Positions 45,432-57,182 of a DNA stretch of 64,000 nucleotides are shown piece by piece. The notes beneath the pieces are model-generated. The model did no database searches and was not told the DNA's origin. It saw nothing but the letters and a program-made list of their open reading frames with translations. The DNA comes from an uncultured Rivularia sp. (lineage in GTDB: Bacteria > Cyanobacteriota > Cyanobacteriia > Cyanobacteriales > Nostocaceae), in the NCBI GenBank assembly GCA_963665115.1, contig OY762007.1, positions 1,920,001 through 1,984,000 of the forward strand. The letters are read 5' to 3'. The stretch's first letter is position 1; each line of letters starts with the position of its first letter. The translations under genes were made by a program, and so were the position numbers.

Positions 45432-45460
45432 TTAGCGGTTTTAGAGATTAAGGTTAGGCG

Positions 45461-45507
45461 TTAAGCGTTTATGCAGTGAGTCGTTAGACTAAGCTCTACC
45501 GAAGGTA
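45461..45507 (+). mobile_element. 47-bp second copy of the HIP1-inserted micro-element
   Basis: GCG|TTAAGCGTTTATGCAGTGAGTCGTTAGACTAAGCTCTACCGAAGGTA|ATCGC. Confidence 0.9.
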
Positions 45508-45637
45508 ATCGCCATAATACATCCTGAAATTTTTCTTAGATAAATATCTTAGATAAATATAAAATAAATTTGCATTTTCAATTTTTAACTTTTATCTGGG
45601 AATCATATATAAAAGTCAAGCACTACCACTCTTGTAT

Positions 45638-48205
45638 ATGTTTATTCTCTCTATAAAACAATCTTTTCAAAGTTTAAGCTTTTTAAGCATCCTAGCAATT
45701 TCATTTTTACAAACCCCAGCATATGCTCAACGGGTAATTGAAGATGGTACTTTACCTACTCGCGTTAACAGTACAGATAATCTCAATTTTACAATTGATA
45801 GTATTAAGAATAAAAACCGCGTAGGAAATAATTTATTTCATAGTTTCAAAGAGTTTTCTATTCCTACGGGTGGCTCTGCAATTTTCAATAATTCCACGGA
45901 TGTGGTTAATATAATTAATCGGGTAACTGGTGGAAATATTTCTAATATTAATGGATTAATTAAAGCGAAAAGTAATGCAAATTTATTTTTAATTAATCCT
46001 GCGGGTATAGTATTCGGTAAAGATGCTCGCTTGGATATCGGTGGTTCGTTTTTTGGTAGTACTTCTGAAAGCATCAAATTCGCAGATGGTGAATTTAGCG
46101 CAATTGATACGATAACAGAACCATTGTTGTCTATTAATATACCTCTGGGTTTACAGATGGGAAGTAGTTCAGCAGCCATCGAAGTACAAGGTGAGGGTTA
46201 CAAAACTACTACCGATATAGATAGAAAACCTTTTATTCTTTCGAGTAGGGACGGTTTACGGGTTAAATCTGGAAATACTTTGGCTTTAATTGCTAGCGAG
46301 GTTTCTTTAAATGGAGGTTTAGTAGCCGCAAATTCTGGAAAAGTTGAATTGGGGGCTGTTAAAGAAGGTTTAGTTAATATTAATTTAACTACGCAAGGTT
46401 GGAATTTTGATTACAAAGGGTTGCAAGATTTTGGTGATATTAAGCTTAACTCTTTAGCCTTAGCTAATGCAAGTGGAACGGGAAACGGTTCTATTCAATT
46501 ACAAGGAAGAAATGTTTCTCTCAAAGATGGTTCAAGAGTGTTTATACAAAGTCAGGGAAACACGGGATTAGGAAAAATTGAGGTAAATGCAACAGAATCA
46601 ATTGATGTTGTAGGTACTAATTCAGATGGAAGTTTGGTAAGTGCAGTGTTAACTGAAACTATCAGAATGGGAGATGCAGCAGAAATTTTAATTTCAACTC
46701 CAAATTTACTCTTAACTCAAGATGCAGTAATCTCAAGTAGAACTTTTAGTCCCGGAAAAGGAGGTGATATTACAGTAAATGCTTCTCAAGCAGTACAGGT
46801 TAGTGAAACTTCTCCTATAAATCCTAGAAATGATACTAAAATCTCTACTGTCAGCTTTCGTGATGGTAAAGCCGGAGATATTAGCATCCTAACCAAACAG
46901 TTATCACTTCTAGGTCAAGATATTCTATCTACGACTTTTGGCATTAATGATGGCGGAAAAATTTATGTCTCAACCGAGGAATTAATAATTGAAGATGGTG
47001 GAGTTATTGCTTCTGCAACTTTAGCAATTGGTTCGGGAGGAGAAGTTGAGATTGACGCGAAATCGATTGAACTAATAGGCACAGATCCTGATTTTACACC
47101 TAGTGCTTTGACTGCTGCAACACTTGGAAGCGGAAATGCAGGTGATTTAATTGTTAATACCGAAAGTTTGGTACTTCGGGATGGTGGTAGAGTTGATTCT
47201 TCCACCCTTGCTTCCGGTACAGGGGGAAGCGTAACTGTTAATGCTAAGAATTTTATTGAAGTAAGTGGTACAGTACCGGGTTCAATTAATCCTAGCTTAA
47301 TCGCTTCTAGTGCAAATATTGTAGATGAATCCTTGCAACAGCTTTTAGGATTACCTGCTATTCCCAGCGGAAATTCGGGTAACGTAACGATTAATACGCC
47401 GATTTTAAAAGTTTTTGACGGTGGGGAAGTAACTGTAAAAAATGATGGAACTGGTAAAGGTGGAATGTTAGATATTAATGCTAATTCTATTCTTCTTAAC
47501 AGCAAAGGAAAGATAACAGCTTCTACCCAATCTGGTGGAGGTGGAAATATTGATTTACAAATTCAAGATGGTTTAATTTTAATAAATCAAAGTCTTATTT
47601 CTGCTGAAGCTGGAGGTACAGGAAACGGTGGAAATATTAATATCAATTCACCAGTAATTGCAGGTTTAGAAAACAGCGATATTGTTGCTAATGCTTCAGA
47701 AGGTAACGGTGGAAATATCAATATTAATACGAGTGGTTTATTCGGTTTGCAGTTTCGCTCGGAGTTAACTATAGATTCCGATATTACTGCTAGTTCTCAA
47801 TTTGGAGTTAACGGTACTGTAGAAATTAATAATCCGGCAATCGATCCTAGTTCCAGCTTGACACAATTACCATCTGATGTAGTTGATAGCAGTCAACAAA
47901 TTGCCAGTGGATGTAGTGCAGCTCAAGGAAATAGTTTTACGGCTGTCGGTAAAGGTGGTTTAGCTGCGAATCCTGAAGATGTAATTACAAGTATAAGTTT
48001 ATGGAACGATTTGCGCGATTTGAGTATTTTTGAAAGAGAGAATAAAACAGATATTCAAGCTAGGGAAAATTCTATAAAACCAATTGTAGAAGCTACTGGT
48101 TGGGTTGTTGATAAACAAGGAAATATCGAATTTGTGGCTCAATCTGGTATTCAAAATAGTTGGCAGAAGATGAGTAATTGTAACGGTGAGTTGGAGGAGA
48201 CATAG
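45638..48205 (+). CDS. Filamentous haemagglutinin domain protein 3
   Basis: Colinear paralog of the two preceding genes. Confidence 0.92.
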   Translation: MFILSIKQSFQSLSFLSILAISFLQTPAYAQRVIEDGTLPTRVNSTDNLNFTIDSIKNKNRVGNNLFHSFKEFSIPTGGSAIFNNSTDVVNIINRVTGGNISNINGLIKAKSNANLFLINPAGIVFGKDARLDIGGSFFGSTSESIKFADGEFSAIDTITEPLLSINIPLGLQMGSSSAAIEVQGEGYKTTTDIDRKPFILSSRDGLRVKSGNTLALIASEVSLNGGLVAANSGKVELGAVKEGLVNINLTTQGWNFDYKGLQDFGDIKLNSLALANASGTGNGSIQLQGRNVSLKDGSRVFIQSQGNTGLGKIEVNATESIDVVGTNSDGSLVSAVLTETIRMGDAAEILISTPNLLLTQDAVISSRTFSPGKGGDITVNASQAVQVSETSPINPRNDTKISTVSFRDGKAGDISILTKQLSLLGQDILSTTFGINDGGKIYVSTEELIIEDGGVIASATLAIGSGGEVEIDAKSIELIGTDPDFTPSALTAATLGSGNAGDLIVNTESLVLRDGGRVDSSTLASGTGGSVTVNAKNFIEVSGTVPGSINPSLIASSANIVDESLQQLLGLPAIPSGNSGNVTINTPILKVFDGGEVTVKNDGTGKGGMLDINANSILLNSKGKITASTQSGGGGNIDLQIQDGLILINQSLISAEAGGTGNGGNININSPVIAGLENSDIVANASEGNGGNININTSGLFGLQFRSELTIDSDITASSQFGVNGTVEINNPAIDPSSSLTQLPSDVVDSSQQIASGCSAAQGNSFTAVGKGGLAANPEDVITSISLWNDLRDLSIFERENKTDIQARENSIKPIVEATGWVVDKQGNIEFVAQSGIQNSWQKMSNCNGELEET

Positions 48206-48239
48206 CAGTGCTACGTCTCTACATTAGTGACTATTTTAT

Positions 48240-49073
48240 TTACAGTTTACCCGTGAAGACTTTCTCGGCTGGCCCAGTCATGTAAATTCGCTCATTATCC
48301 GACCATTCTATTAATAATGGGCCTCCGGGAAGTTCTACGGTGGCTGTTCGATCGCATTTTCCGTTTAATACACCGGCTACCAAGGAAGCACAGGCTCCCG
48401 TACCGCAGGCTAAAGTAATACCCGCGCCACGCTCCCAAACTCGCATTTTTACGTGGTTAGAACTGACAACTTGAATAAATTCAGTGTTAATTCTTTCGGG
48501 GAAAGCTGGGTTATTTTCAAACTGGGGACCAATTTTTTCTAATTGAATTGCGGCAACATCTTCTACAAAAGTAATGCAGTGAGGATTACCCATATTCACA
48601 CAGGTAACATCCCAAGATTTACCGGCTATTTCTAAAGCTTGATTAACTACTTTTTCGTTTTTAACAGCAAGAGTAGTAGGAATTTCACCCGCAGTCAATC
48701 TAGGAGTTCCCATATCAACTTTAACTTGACCGTCGGACATTAATTGAGGTGTTATGGTACCGGCTAAAGTATGAATTTGGTACTTGCTTTTTTTTGCGTC
48801 TCCTTCTAATTCAGCCAGAAAAGCAGCCATACAGCGAATACCATTTCCGCACATTTCCGGTTCCGAACCATCAGAGTTAAAAATCCGCATAGTATAGTCA
48901 GTGCCATTTTCTCCAGGTAAAGCAAAAATGACACCATCAGCACCGATACCAAAATGGCGATCGCACAACTGAATTGCTTGCTCTGGAGTAACTGCCGGTT
49001 CGGAAGATGAGCGATTATCAATCAAAATAAAATCGTTACCTAAACCCTGATACTTAGTAAAATTAATTGCCAT
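48240..49073 (-). CDS. dapF: Diaminopimelate epimerase
   Basis: [33 protein letters not shown]. Confidence 0.96.
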   Translation of the reverse strand: MAINFTKYQGLGNDFILIDNRSSSEPAVTPEQAIQLCDRHFGIGADGVIFALPGENGTDYTMRIFNSDGSEPEMCGNGIRCMAAFLAELEGDAKKSKYQIHTLAGTITPQLMSDGQVKVDMGTPRLTAGEIPTTLAVKNEKVVNQALEIAGKSWDVTCVNMGNPHCITFVEDVAAIQLEKIGPQFENNPAFPERINTEFIQVVSSNHVKMRVWERGAGITLACGTGACASLVAGVLNGKCDRTATVELPGGPLLIEWSDNERIYMTGPAEKVFTGKL

Positions 49074-49182
49074 TTGCCTATGAGATGAATTATTACAGTA
49101 AAGAAATTGTTAGTTGTTAGTTGTTCAAAACACTATCTACTAACCACTAACCACTATCCACTATCCACTAAGCACATAAACA

Positions 49183-49398
49183 ATGTTGACAGAATTCGAT
49201 ACTTCATTACCCAGCGTCAAGCAAGTTCAAAGATTAATTCAAGAAAACACGCAAATTGAACTAAAGCTAATAACCGGCGATGTCATTGCAGGCAAAGTAT
49301 TATGGCAAGACTTACAGTGTTTCTGCATCATGTCAGAAGACAATCAAAAAACCACCGTCTGGAAGCAGGCGATCGCCTTTTTGAAAATCGGGAGTTAG
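49183..49398 (+). CDS. hfq: Cyanobacterial Hfq-like Sm protein
   Basis: FDTSLPSVKQVQ...GKVLWQD...WKQAIAF; the divergent arrangement with dapF is usual in cyanobacteria. Confidence 0.85.
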   Translation: MLTEFDTSLPSVKQVQRLIQENTQIELKLITGDVIAGKVLWQDLQCFCIMSEDNQKTTVWKQAIAFLKIGS

Positions 49399-49532
49399 GG
49401 GAGAGGGGGGAGAGGGGGGAGAGGGGGTAGAGGGGGGAGAAATAAATTCCTACCTAACTATTCCCTATTACTCATTCCCATGCCCAATGCCCCATCCCCC
49501 ATGCCCAATGCCCCATCCCCCATTTCCATTCT

Positions 49533-51873
49533 TCATTCCCGCAATTCATCAAGCGGCAAGTATTCGCGCAATGCTTCTAATTCTGCGGCTTTGACTACTG
49601 GAATTGATAATGCTGGCTGGTTGTTTTGGGGTGATAGTAATTGTTCTAGTTCATTTAAAGCGGATAATCTGCCGCACAATAATAGTTGATCGCGGTTTTG
49701 CAGTTTGGTTTTGCCGTTGGGATAGCGAATAAATTTTCCTTCTCGCCTGATTGCTTGTATTTCTACTGCGTATTGTTTGCGGATGTCTAAGTTGCTAAGG
49801 GTTTTACCTAATATGGGGGATTCTGCGCTGAGTTTTACCCACTGACAAGCGCTGTTTTCTCCGGGTACGGTTGCTTTCCCGGATGCGAATTCGTCTAAGG
49901 CTGCTATTTCTTCGGATGAACCAACCACTAAAAGTTTGTCGCCTTGTTCTAAATTTGTTGCAGCGTCGGGATAATCTATTTCTTCCCCGGTGGTGCGCTT
50001 GATTGCCATTAAGCTCACGCCAGTAAGATAGCGCATATCGGCTTGTTCTAAGGTCATGCCGACGAGGGGAGAGTTTGTTGGGAGGGGATACCAGCGTTTG
50101 TTTAAATCGGCTGTGGCGCGTCGCAAATCGCGGGCTACTTCGGAGGCTGATTGTTCGGGACGGAAATCTAAGTAGTGACTTTGACGAATTTCTTGGATTT
50201 CTCGCTGTACTGTTGTTGGCGATAAGCCGACATCTGTTAACACGAAGGAAACCATTTCTAAACTAGCTTCAAATTCTGGCTGTACTACTTCTCGCGCTCC
50301 TAATTGGTAAAGTGCTTCAATATTTTTATTGTTAGTAGCGCGAACAACTATATTTAATTCCGGAAATAATTCCAAACCGCGACGTAGAGAAAGACGAGTA
50401 CTCATTGGATCGGGAAGTGCGATCGCCATTGCTTTGGCTTGGGTTACTCCTGCTGTTTCTAAGACGTGAAAACTAACGCAGTTACCGTATACATAAGGAA
50501 TTTTCGCTTCTCGCAGTTGTTGAATTACTCTTTCGGATTGATCTATAACTACTACGGGTAGCTGATGAAAAAGCAGCAATTTAACTAGGTTTTTACCAAC
50601 TCTTCCGTAACCGCAAACTATTACATGATCTTTTATCGGTAAATCGTCGGCTGCATCTAAGGGTTTGCCTTCACCGTTGAGATAAGGTTTTAACCAGGGC
50701 ATCGATTCGGCCCAATCAAAGAAAATTGGTACCAATCGCAACACGAAGGGCGTTAAAACTAATGTTACTGCCGTTGTACCTAAAATAAGTAAATATACTT
50801 TACGAGATACTAACCCTAATTTTTGACCTTCACTAGCGAGAACAAAGGAAAATTCACCAATTTGAGACAATCCCAATCCCGCAATTATCGCCGTTTTCAG
50901 CGGATAGCGAAATATTTTTACTAAAGGAGTGATTATTAAAAATTTACCGATAAATACTAGCGTGACCAATCCTAAAATTAATTCCAGATGGCTCCATAGA
51001 AATACCGGATCGATCAACATCCCGATCGCTACAAAAAACAAACTGGCGCAAATATCCCGCAGCGGTTCTACATAAGTTAAAGTTTGATCGGCATATTCCA
51101 CCTCGGAAATCATCAAACCGGCGACAAACGCCCCCATTTCAATGGAAAGTCCCAACTCTTCGGTTAACAGAGCGATTCCCAAACACAGAGCTACCACACC
51201 TAATAAAAATAACTCCCGGCTTTCCGTCCGCGCTAATAATTGCAATAAAGGCGGAATCAGCCAAATTCCCGTGGCTACAGCACCCGCAGCGAATAAACCA
51301 ATTTTTAACAAAGCCAACAGCACCGCCATGCCCAGAGTTTCCACGGGTTGGTCGAGAGCGGGTAACACTGCTAACATTAATCCCAACGCTAAATCCTGTA
51401 CCACCAGGATTCCTAACATTACCTGTCCGTGAGGGGTTTCCGTTTCATTGCGTTCCATCAAACACTTCAAAACAACCGCAGTGGAAGACAATGATAAAAT
51501 TGCCCCCAAAAATACACCTTGGACTGGCGAATCTACCCAACCGACTCCCACCGACACCAGAGTCGTGACTGCGATAGTCAAAATAATTTGTAAACCACCA
51601 CCACCCAAACTAATTTTCTTAACCTTGTTGAGTTCCGCAAAAGAAAACTCCACACCCAGCGCAAACAATAAGAAAGCCACACCAAACTGCGCCAACGTCT
51701 CAACTTGAATAAACTCCTTAATTAATCCAAATCCAGTTGGCCCCAACTATCATTCCACCTGCGAGATACCCCAATAGCACGGGTAAACCCAAAAGCGAAG
51801 CACACAGTCCCCCACCAGCAGCAACGGCGAGAACCGAAACCAAATCAACTATTAATCTAAAATCTTCTTGCAC
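49533..51873 (-). CDS. CPA2/KefC-like cation:proton antiporter with TrkA-N and TrkA-C domains, with an apparent +1 frameshift at 51741-51744
   Basis: GTG 51873 gives MQEDFRLIVDLV...LLGYLAGGMIVG, joining GPTGFG after removing one G; SLSSTAVV, QIGEFSF, CGYGRVG. Confidence 0.92.
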
Positions 51874-52001
51874 GAGCTTATAAAAAAATCTGAATATCCC
51901 TATTCAAATAGCATACAAAGTTTTGTGAAGACTGTCTCAGGAATCAGTTATCAGTTATCAGTTATCAGTTATCAGTTACCGATTTTAAATTTACATTAAC
52001 T

Positions 52002-52174
52002 CCCAATCCCCAATCCCCAATCCCCAATGCCCCATCCCCAATGCCCAATCCCCAATCCCCAATGCCCCATCCCCAATGCCCAATCCCCAATCCCCAATGC
52101 CCCATCCCCAATGCCCAATGCCCAATCCCCAATGCCCCATCCCCAATGCCCAATCCCCAATGCCCCATTCCCAA
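52002..52174. repeat. STRR array (CCCCAAT/GCCCAAT/GCCCCAT)n
   Basis: Directly visible heptamer units. Confidence 0.95.
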
Positions 52175-52177
52175 TTA

Positions 52178-53572
52178 TTAAAAAACCATTTCTTCCAAAG
52201 CCGTTTGTAAATCTTGAGTTAATTGAGCTACAGCTTGCTTTGCACCTTGACGGCTTTGTTGATAAACGGTAGTGCGATCGCTCACCGAAATAGGTTCTCC
52301 CACAGTCACCGTTGACTTACGCAATCCTAAGCGGGGACGACGAGGACTTTTATTACCTTTGATTCGGGCGATCGCATCAAACAAAATTAAGGTTGTTTCG
52401 GCAAATCTTTCAAAACTAGGTTTTTCTTTAACGTAAGTAGCTGTCATGACGACAAAATATTCTACCAAACGCATATGCAGCATTTTTAAATCGGCTTCTG
52501 CTGCAATCCAATCTGCTAAACCTCGTTTCACAGGAGATAATTTTTTGAACTTGTCCTCTTCTTCGCGATAAATGTAATTCCAACCAGCTTCTTCTAAACG
52601 TCTACAGCGTTCAATTACGTTTCCTTTTTTCTTAATACCAAAATATTCTTCACCTACCTGTAGAGATACATCTAATAATTGTTGTAGTCTAGCTGTGAGA
52701 TTTTCTTCTAAACTAACAGAATCTACAGATAAATCTTGCAAATCGCGATGATAAAAACAACGATAAAACTGTTCCATTTCTTCAATAAGATATTCTCCCA
52801 ATCTCAATAAACGCTTTAGATATAATTGTTCTGGTTCCGTATTAGTAATTTCTATAGTTTGTTTTGATAAACCGCAATCCGCTTCTAATTTACTTAACAG
52901 CCGATCGAGTTTTGACCATTGAGGATTAATGTAAGAATACTGAATGTTAATTGGAAGAACAACAACTCGTTCAAAACGGCTGGCTTTTGCTAAATCCTCC
53001 GCACACCAAAACGCTAATTGAGCTACACCAGGTTCGAGAGGACTAATAACTTCGCTATGCCCATTTGTCGCACCTTCAGGAGCAACTACCAAAGGAAACT
53101 TACCATCAACCAATATTTCTCTGACTTTTTTTATCGCTTGCAAATCAAGAGCTTTACCTCGATGTACGGGAATACCTCCTAACTTGGAAAACAACCAACC
53201 CAGCCAATCACCAGCCCAAATTGTCATACCTCTGTCATACATAAAATGACAGTTAGCTGGAGATTTAATCGCAATATTATTTTGACGAGCAACAAGCGGT
53301 ATTTCGCGAGAAAATAAATATAAACCAATAAGAGGGTCGTCTACTTCGCAATGACGAAAGGAGAAGATAAGGCGAATTTTTCCTATTTGGAATTGATGGT
53401 AAAGATTAACTAAAGTTTCTTTATTTATTGTTTCAATTTCTTTAATTCCTGCTGGTAGCCAAGGCTGCAAGCGAAATCGTTGTAAAAGAGGCAGCGACCA
53501 ATGAACAAGTCGAAGAATTGAAAAGTTAAAATCTGGAGAAATAAAACCTAGTTTTGGTTGAGCGCGTTGCAT
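52178..53572 (-). CDS. Glycerolipid acyltransferase family protein (PlsC-like)
   Basis: FRHCEVDD (HxxxxD) and VAPEGATN. Confidence 0.82.
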   Translation of the reverse strand: MQRAQPKLGFISPDFNFSILRLVHWSLPLLQRFRLQPWLPAGIKEIETINKETLVNLYHQFQIGKIRLIFSFRHCEVDDPLIGLYLFSREIPLVARQNNIAIKSPANCHFMYDRGMTIWAGDWLGWLFSKLGGIPVHRGKALDLQAIKKVREILVDGKFPLVVAPEGATNGHSEVISPLEPGVAQLAFWCAEDLAKASRFERVVVLPINIQYSYINPQWSKLDRLLSKLEADCGLSKQTIEITNTEPEQLYLKRLLRLGEYLIEEMEQFYRCFYHRDLQDLSVDSVSLEENLTARLQQLLDVSLQVGEEYFGIKKKGNVIERCRRLEEAGWNYIYREEEDKFKKLSPVKRGLADWIAAEADLKMLHMRLVEYFVVMTATYVKEKPSFERFAETTLILFDAIARIKGNKSPRRPRLGLRKSTVTVGEPISVSDRTTVYQQSRQGAKQAVAQLTQDLQTALEEMVF

Positions 53573-53629
53573 ATTTTAGTTGTTAGTTGTTAGTTGCTAG
53601 TTGTTAAATATTCCCCTGTTCCCTGTTCC

Positions 53630-53854
53630 CTACTTTCTACTCTCTACTTTCTACTCCCTACTCCCTACTCCCTACTCCCTACTCCCTACTTTCTACTCCC
53701 TACTCCCTACTCCCTACTCCCTACTCCCTACTCCCTACTCCCTACTTTCTACTCCCTACTCCCTACTCCCTACTCCCTACTTTCTACTCCCTACTCCCTA
53801 CTCCCTACTCCCTACTCCCTACTTTCTACTCCCTACTTTCTACTCCCTACTCCC
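53630..53854. repeat. STRR array (CTACTCC/CTACTTT)n
   Basis: About 30 tandem heptamers. Confidence 0.95.
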
Positions 53855-53869
53855 TCAAATACTGACAAA

Positions 53870-54724
53870 CTACTTTATTATTCCCGAACTCAACAGATGT
53901 CTTTGTATCCAATCTTCCATATCTCTTAGTACCTCTTGGTAGTTAATATCGCTGTGAAGCTCATGATAGCCACCTGCGTACTCTTGTCTTTCTTTATCAG
54001 CTAAAGTTAAGCGTTCAAAAAAAATACTGCTGCTTTGAGGTAAGGTAACTTTATCCGCACCACCATGAAGAATTAATAGAGGAACTTTTATTTCTGGGAT
54101 ACGAGCCTCAATCCACTCAATAGTATTTAGTAATTCTGTAGCTAATCTAGCGGTACCTCGGCTATGACGAAGCGGATCTTCTCTGCAAGCGGCGACTGCT
54201 TTTGGATCGCGAGAAGCAGCACTAAAGTCTATTCCCGTAGCTAAAGAGAAACGAGGCAAAATGCCGGACAATATTTTACCAGCTAATAACTTCCACGAAG
54301 TTACCCCCAATCCCAAAGCTGGAGCTAACAATATTAAACCTTTGAGTTGCACGGGTTCTCGTAAAATATAGTCTAAAGCAATGGTTCCCCCCATGCTTTG
54401 AGCAATAATAAACAAATCTTGGTTGGGTTCTTTCGCTTTGACTAAATCTAAAAATGACGCTAAATCCGATCGAAATTCTGCCCAACTATTAATATAGCCG
54501 CGTTGACCTGGCGATCGCCCATTACCACGCAAATCAAAGCTATAAACAGCGTAATTACACTCAGTTAAATATTCGACCATAAGTGCAAAAATGCCGCTAT
54601 GCCCTCCGTGTCCGTGAATTATTACCAAAACGGCTTCTGTTGAACTTTGAGGATGCCAACTTTGATAATACAGTTCGAGTCCTTTTGCACCTTGGAAAGT
54701 TCCTTGTCTATGATGATTTATCAT
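53870..54724 (-). CDS. Lysophospholipase/monoacylglycerol lipase
   Basis: [31 protein letters not shown]. Confidence 0.88.
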   Translation of the reverse strand: MINHHRQGTFQGAKGLELYYQSWHPQSSTEAVLVIIHGHGGHSGIFALMVEYLTECNYAVYSFDLRGNGRSPGQRGYINSWAEFRSDLASFLDLVKAKEPNQDLFIIAQSMGGTIALDYILREPVQLKGLILLAPALGLGVTSWKLLAGKILSGILPRFSLATGIDFSAASRDPKAVAACREDPLRHSRGTARLATELLNTIEWIEARIPEIKVPLLILHGGADKVTLPQSSSIFFERLTLADKERQEYAGGYHELHSDINYQEVLRDMEDWIQRHLLSSGIIK

Positions 54725-55141
54725 TTTAAATTGATATTCATATTGCGATAATTTTGTAGTATTAACCGACCCTATAAAATCCGTATAATCTGGCAAAATA
54801 ATAGTAGTGCGTTAAAGTAAATCGTTAGACATTCAGGTGATAATAAAGTTACAGCCGATAAAATTCGATGGTTATCAATATTTAAAGCAATAAAATTAAT
54901 ATACCTTATTCTTACTTCTCATTTACAATCGCTATTTAGCGTTTGACAAAGTAATTATATTATTTTTCAGGCTTAATATATATCAAAAATTATATTAAAG
55001 GTAAAAAAATACTAAAAACACTCTTATTTAATATTTAAAGCTTTACACCTATGGTTATTAAAAATACCTAACCGTAAAATATATCTTTCAGAAAATATAA
55101 CTGCTCGCTGTTAACTGTTCACTGCTTACTGTTTCTTGATT

Positions 55142-56701
55142 ATGAACATAATTTGGTTCCGTAGAGACTTACGTTTAAGCGACAACGAAAGTGTTGTCAA
55201 AGCAACTGCTAACAATGCAGAAGTTTTACCATGCTTTATTATCGATCCGTGGTTTTATCAGTGGAAAGATGTTGGACAAGCACGAGTCAGATTTTTGTTT
55301 GAATGTTTGGAAGATTTAGATAAAAATCTACAAGAATTAGGTAGCAAATTATATTTATTTGAAGGAAATGCGGTAGATATTCTGCAACAACTTACCCGCG
55401 AACTAAAACAGCAATCCTATCAACCAAAACTGTATTTCAACCGCGACGTACAGGTAGAATATGGAATTGCCAGAGATAAATCAATTGTAGATTTCTACCA
55501 ACTACAGAACTTAGAATATCACATCGGTTTAAGCAACTTTATCCAGCCCCAGGAAAATCGCGAAGAATGGTTTAAAGAATATTATTCTTATCAAAGAGAT
55601 ATTTTATATCCAACTCCAACTCATATCAACACACCACAATTATCTTTAAATGTACCCCAACTAACAATAGAAGAATTAAAGCAGAAATATCGGAATTTTT
55701 GGGAAACAGAAAAAGTTTATTTCCCCGGTGGAGAAACAGAAGCAACTACGGTACTAAATTCCTTTCTTTCGAGCAGATACAAAGGATACCATTGGAAAGT
55801 ATCTCGCCCTTGGATGGCACAGAAAAGAGCTACATCTCACCTATCACCACATCTTGCCTTCGGTACAGTTTCTACACGCACGGTATATCAAAGAACTAAA
55901 AAACGTGCCGAAGAATTAGAAAAACAACCCAAAGCAGGATTTTCACTAAAAGCATTCAGAGATCGGTTACGATGGCATGATAGTTTTACCCAACGCTTAT
56001 ACTCGCATCCAGAAATAGCTTACACCAATCGTTTTCCAGAATTCAACGAATACTACAAACCCGAAGAATTAACACCCCAACAGCAAGAATTATTTCAAGC
56101 TTGGTGTGAAGGAATGACAGGTTTCCCAATGGTAGATGCAAGTATGCGTCAGTTAGAAAGAATGGGTTGGATGAACTTCCGAATGCGGGCCATGTGTGCT
56201 ACTTTCTTAACAATAAACTGCGGCATTTCTTGGCATCATGGTGCTAAACACTTCATGAACTATTTAGTAGATGGAGACTTAGCTATCAATAATTGGCAGT
56301 GGCAAATGCAAGCAGGAATTACCAATCCCCTTAGCGACACCTTCCGTATTTATAATCCGACTAAAAACATCAAAGATAGAGATCCCGAATTAAACTTTAT
56401 TTACCATTGGATTGAAGAATTGCGGGGTTACAGCTTACCGGAGATACTTTCTGGCGATTACATTAACAGTAGTTACTATCCGCCACCAATAATTGATTGG
56501 TCGCAAACACGTAAAGTTAACGGTAAAATAGTTTCTAACCTACGTAAAAAAGTTAAAGAAAGATTGCTTTCCGAAAAAGGCGAAGAATACTATAATGCAA
56601 CTGCTACAAAACGCACAGTAGAAAAATATCGCGAATCTAAAGATAGACAGTATCGCGAAGTTCAAAATAAACAAGCCGGAATGATTGATACAAACCGGTA
56701 A
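55142..56701 (+). CDS. Photolyase/cryptochrome family protein
   Basis: WFRRDLRLSDN, SHLSPHLAFG, TGFPMVDASMRQL, GWMNFRMR, NNWQWQ, RIYNP. Confidence 0.92.
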   Translation: MNIIWFRRDLRLSDNESVVKATANNAEVLPCFIIDPWFYQWKDVGQARVRFLFECLEDLDKNLQELGSKLYLFEGNAVDILQQLTRELKQQSYQPKLYFNRDVQVEYGIARDKSIVDFYQLQNLEYHIGLSNFIQPQENREEWFKEYYSYQRDILYPTPTHINTPQLSLNVPQLTIEELKQKYRNFWETEKVYFPGGETEATTVLNSFLSSRYKGYHWKVSRPWMAQKRATSHLSPHLAFGTVSTRTVYQRTKKRAEELEKQPKAGFSLKAFRDRLRWHDSFTQRLYSHPEIAYTNRFPEFNEYYKPEELTPQQQELFQAWCEGMTGFPMVDASMRQLERMGWMNFRMRAMCATFLTINCGISWHHGAKHFMNYLVDGDLAINNWQWQMQAGITNPLSDTFRIYNPTKNIKDRDPELNFIYHWIEELRGYSLPEILSGDYINSSYYPPPIIDWSQTRKVNGKIVSNLRKKVKERLLSEKGEEYYNATATKRTVEKYRESKDRQYREVQNKQAGMIDTNR

Positions 56702-56730
56702 ACCGCCTTGGAATTTATTCCAAAGCGGTT
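56701..56730. terminator. Hairpin between convergent genes
   Basis: AACCGCCTTGGAAT-TT-ATTCCAAAGCGGTT. Confidence 0.55.
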
Positions 56731-56831
56731 GTTGAGAATGGTGCAATATGTCAGATTTATAGGACTTTCGTTATTAGATACATTAATTGATTCCGGAGTG
56801 CGTTTTCGTGCTGATTACAATTGATGCTAAA

Positions 56832-57023
56832 TTAACTTTCTAAATCACCAACTTCAAAAGTTTGATTTTCCACCGTTACTTTATCTCCAGTCACTAATTT
56901 TCTACCGCGACGAATTTCAAGAGTGCCATTAACTTTCACAGCACCATCTACAATCATGTGCTTGGCTTGCCCACCCGTTGACGCGACACCCAACAACTTC
57001 AAAAATTGGTCAAGTTTGATCAT
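56832..57023 (-). CDS. S4-domain RNA-binding protein (YaaA/YbcJ-like)
   Basis: IKLDQFLK...TGGQAK...VKVNG...RRGRKL..GD. Confidence 0.9.
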   Translation of the reverse strand: MIKLDQFLKLLGVASTGGQAKHMIVDGAVKVNGTLEIRRGRKLVTGDKVTVENQTFEVGDLES

Positions 57024-57108
57024 AATCAGTTATCAATTATCAATTATCAATTATGGTATTTTAGATTTTTGGTTAGGAGATATGAGTTAATTATTCCTTG
57101 TCTCCTTG

Positions 57109-57179
57109 TTCCCAATCCCCAATGCCCAATCCCCAATCCCCAATCCCCAATGCCCAATTACCCATTACCAATTCCCAAA
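57109..57179. repeat. Short STRR array (CCCCAAT/GCCCAAT)n
   Basis: Directly visible units. Confidence 0.85.
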
Positions 57180-57182
57180 TTT

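Noticed and set aside
40138..48205. Diversity-generating retroelement template/variable repeat pair among the near-identical tracts
   Set aside because: There is no reverse transcriptase in the window, the tracts are identical rather than adenine-mutated, and whole-gene paralogy explains them.
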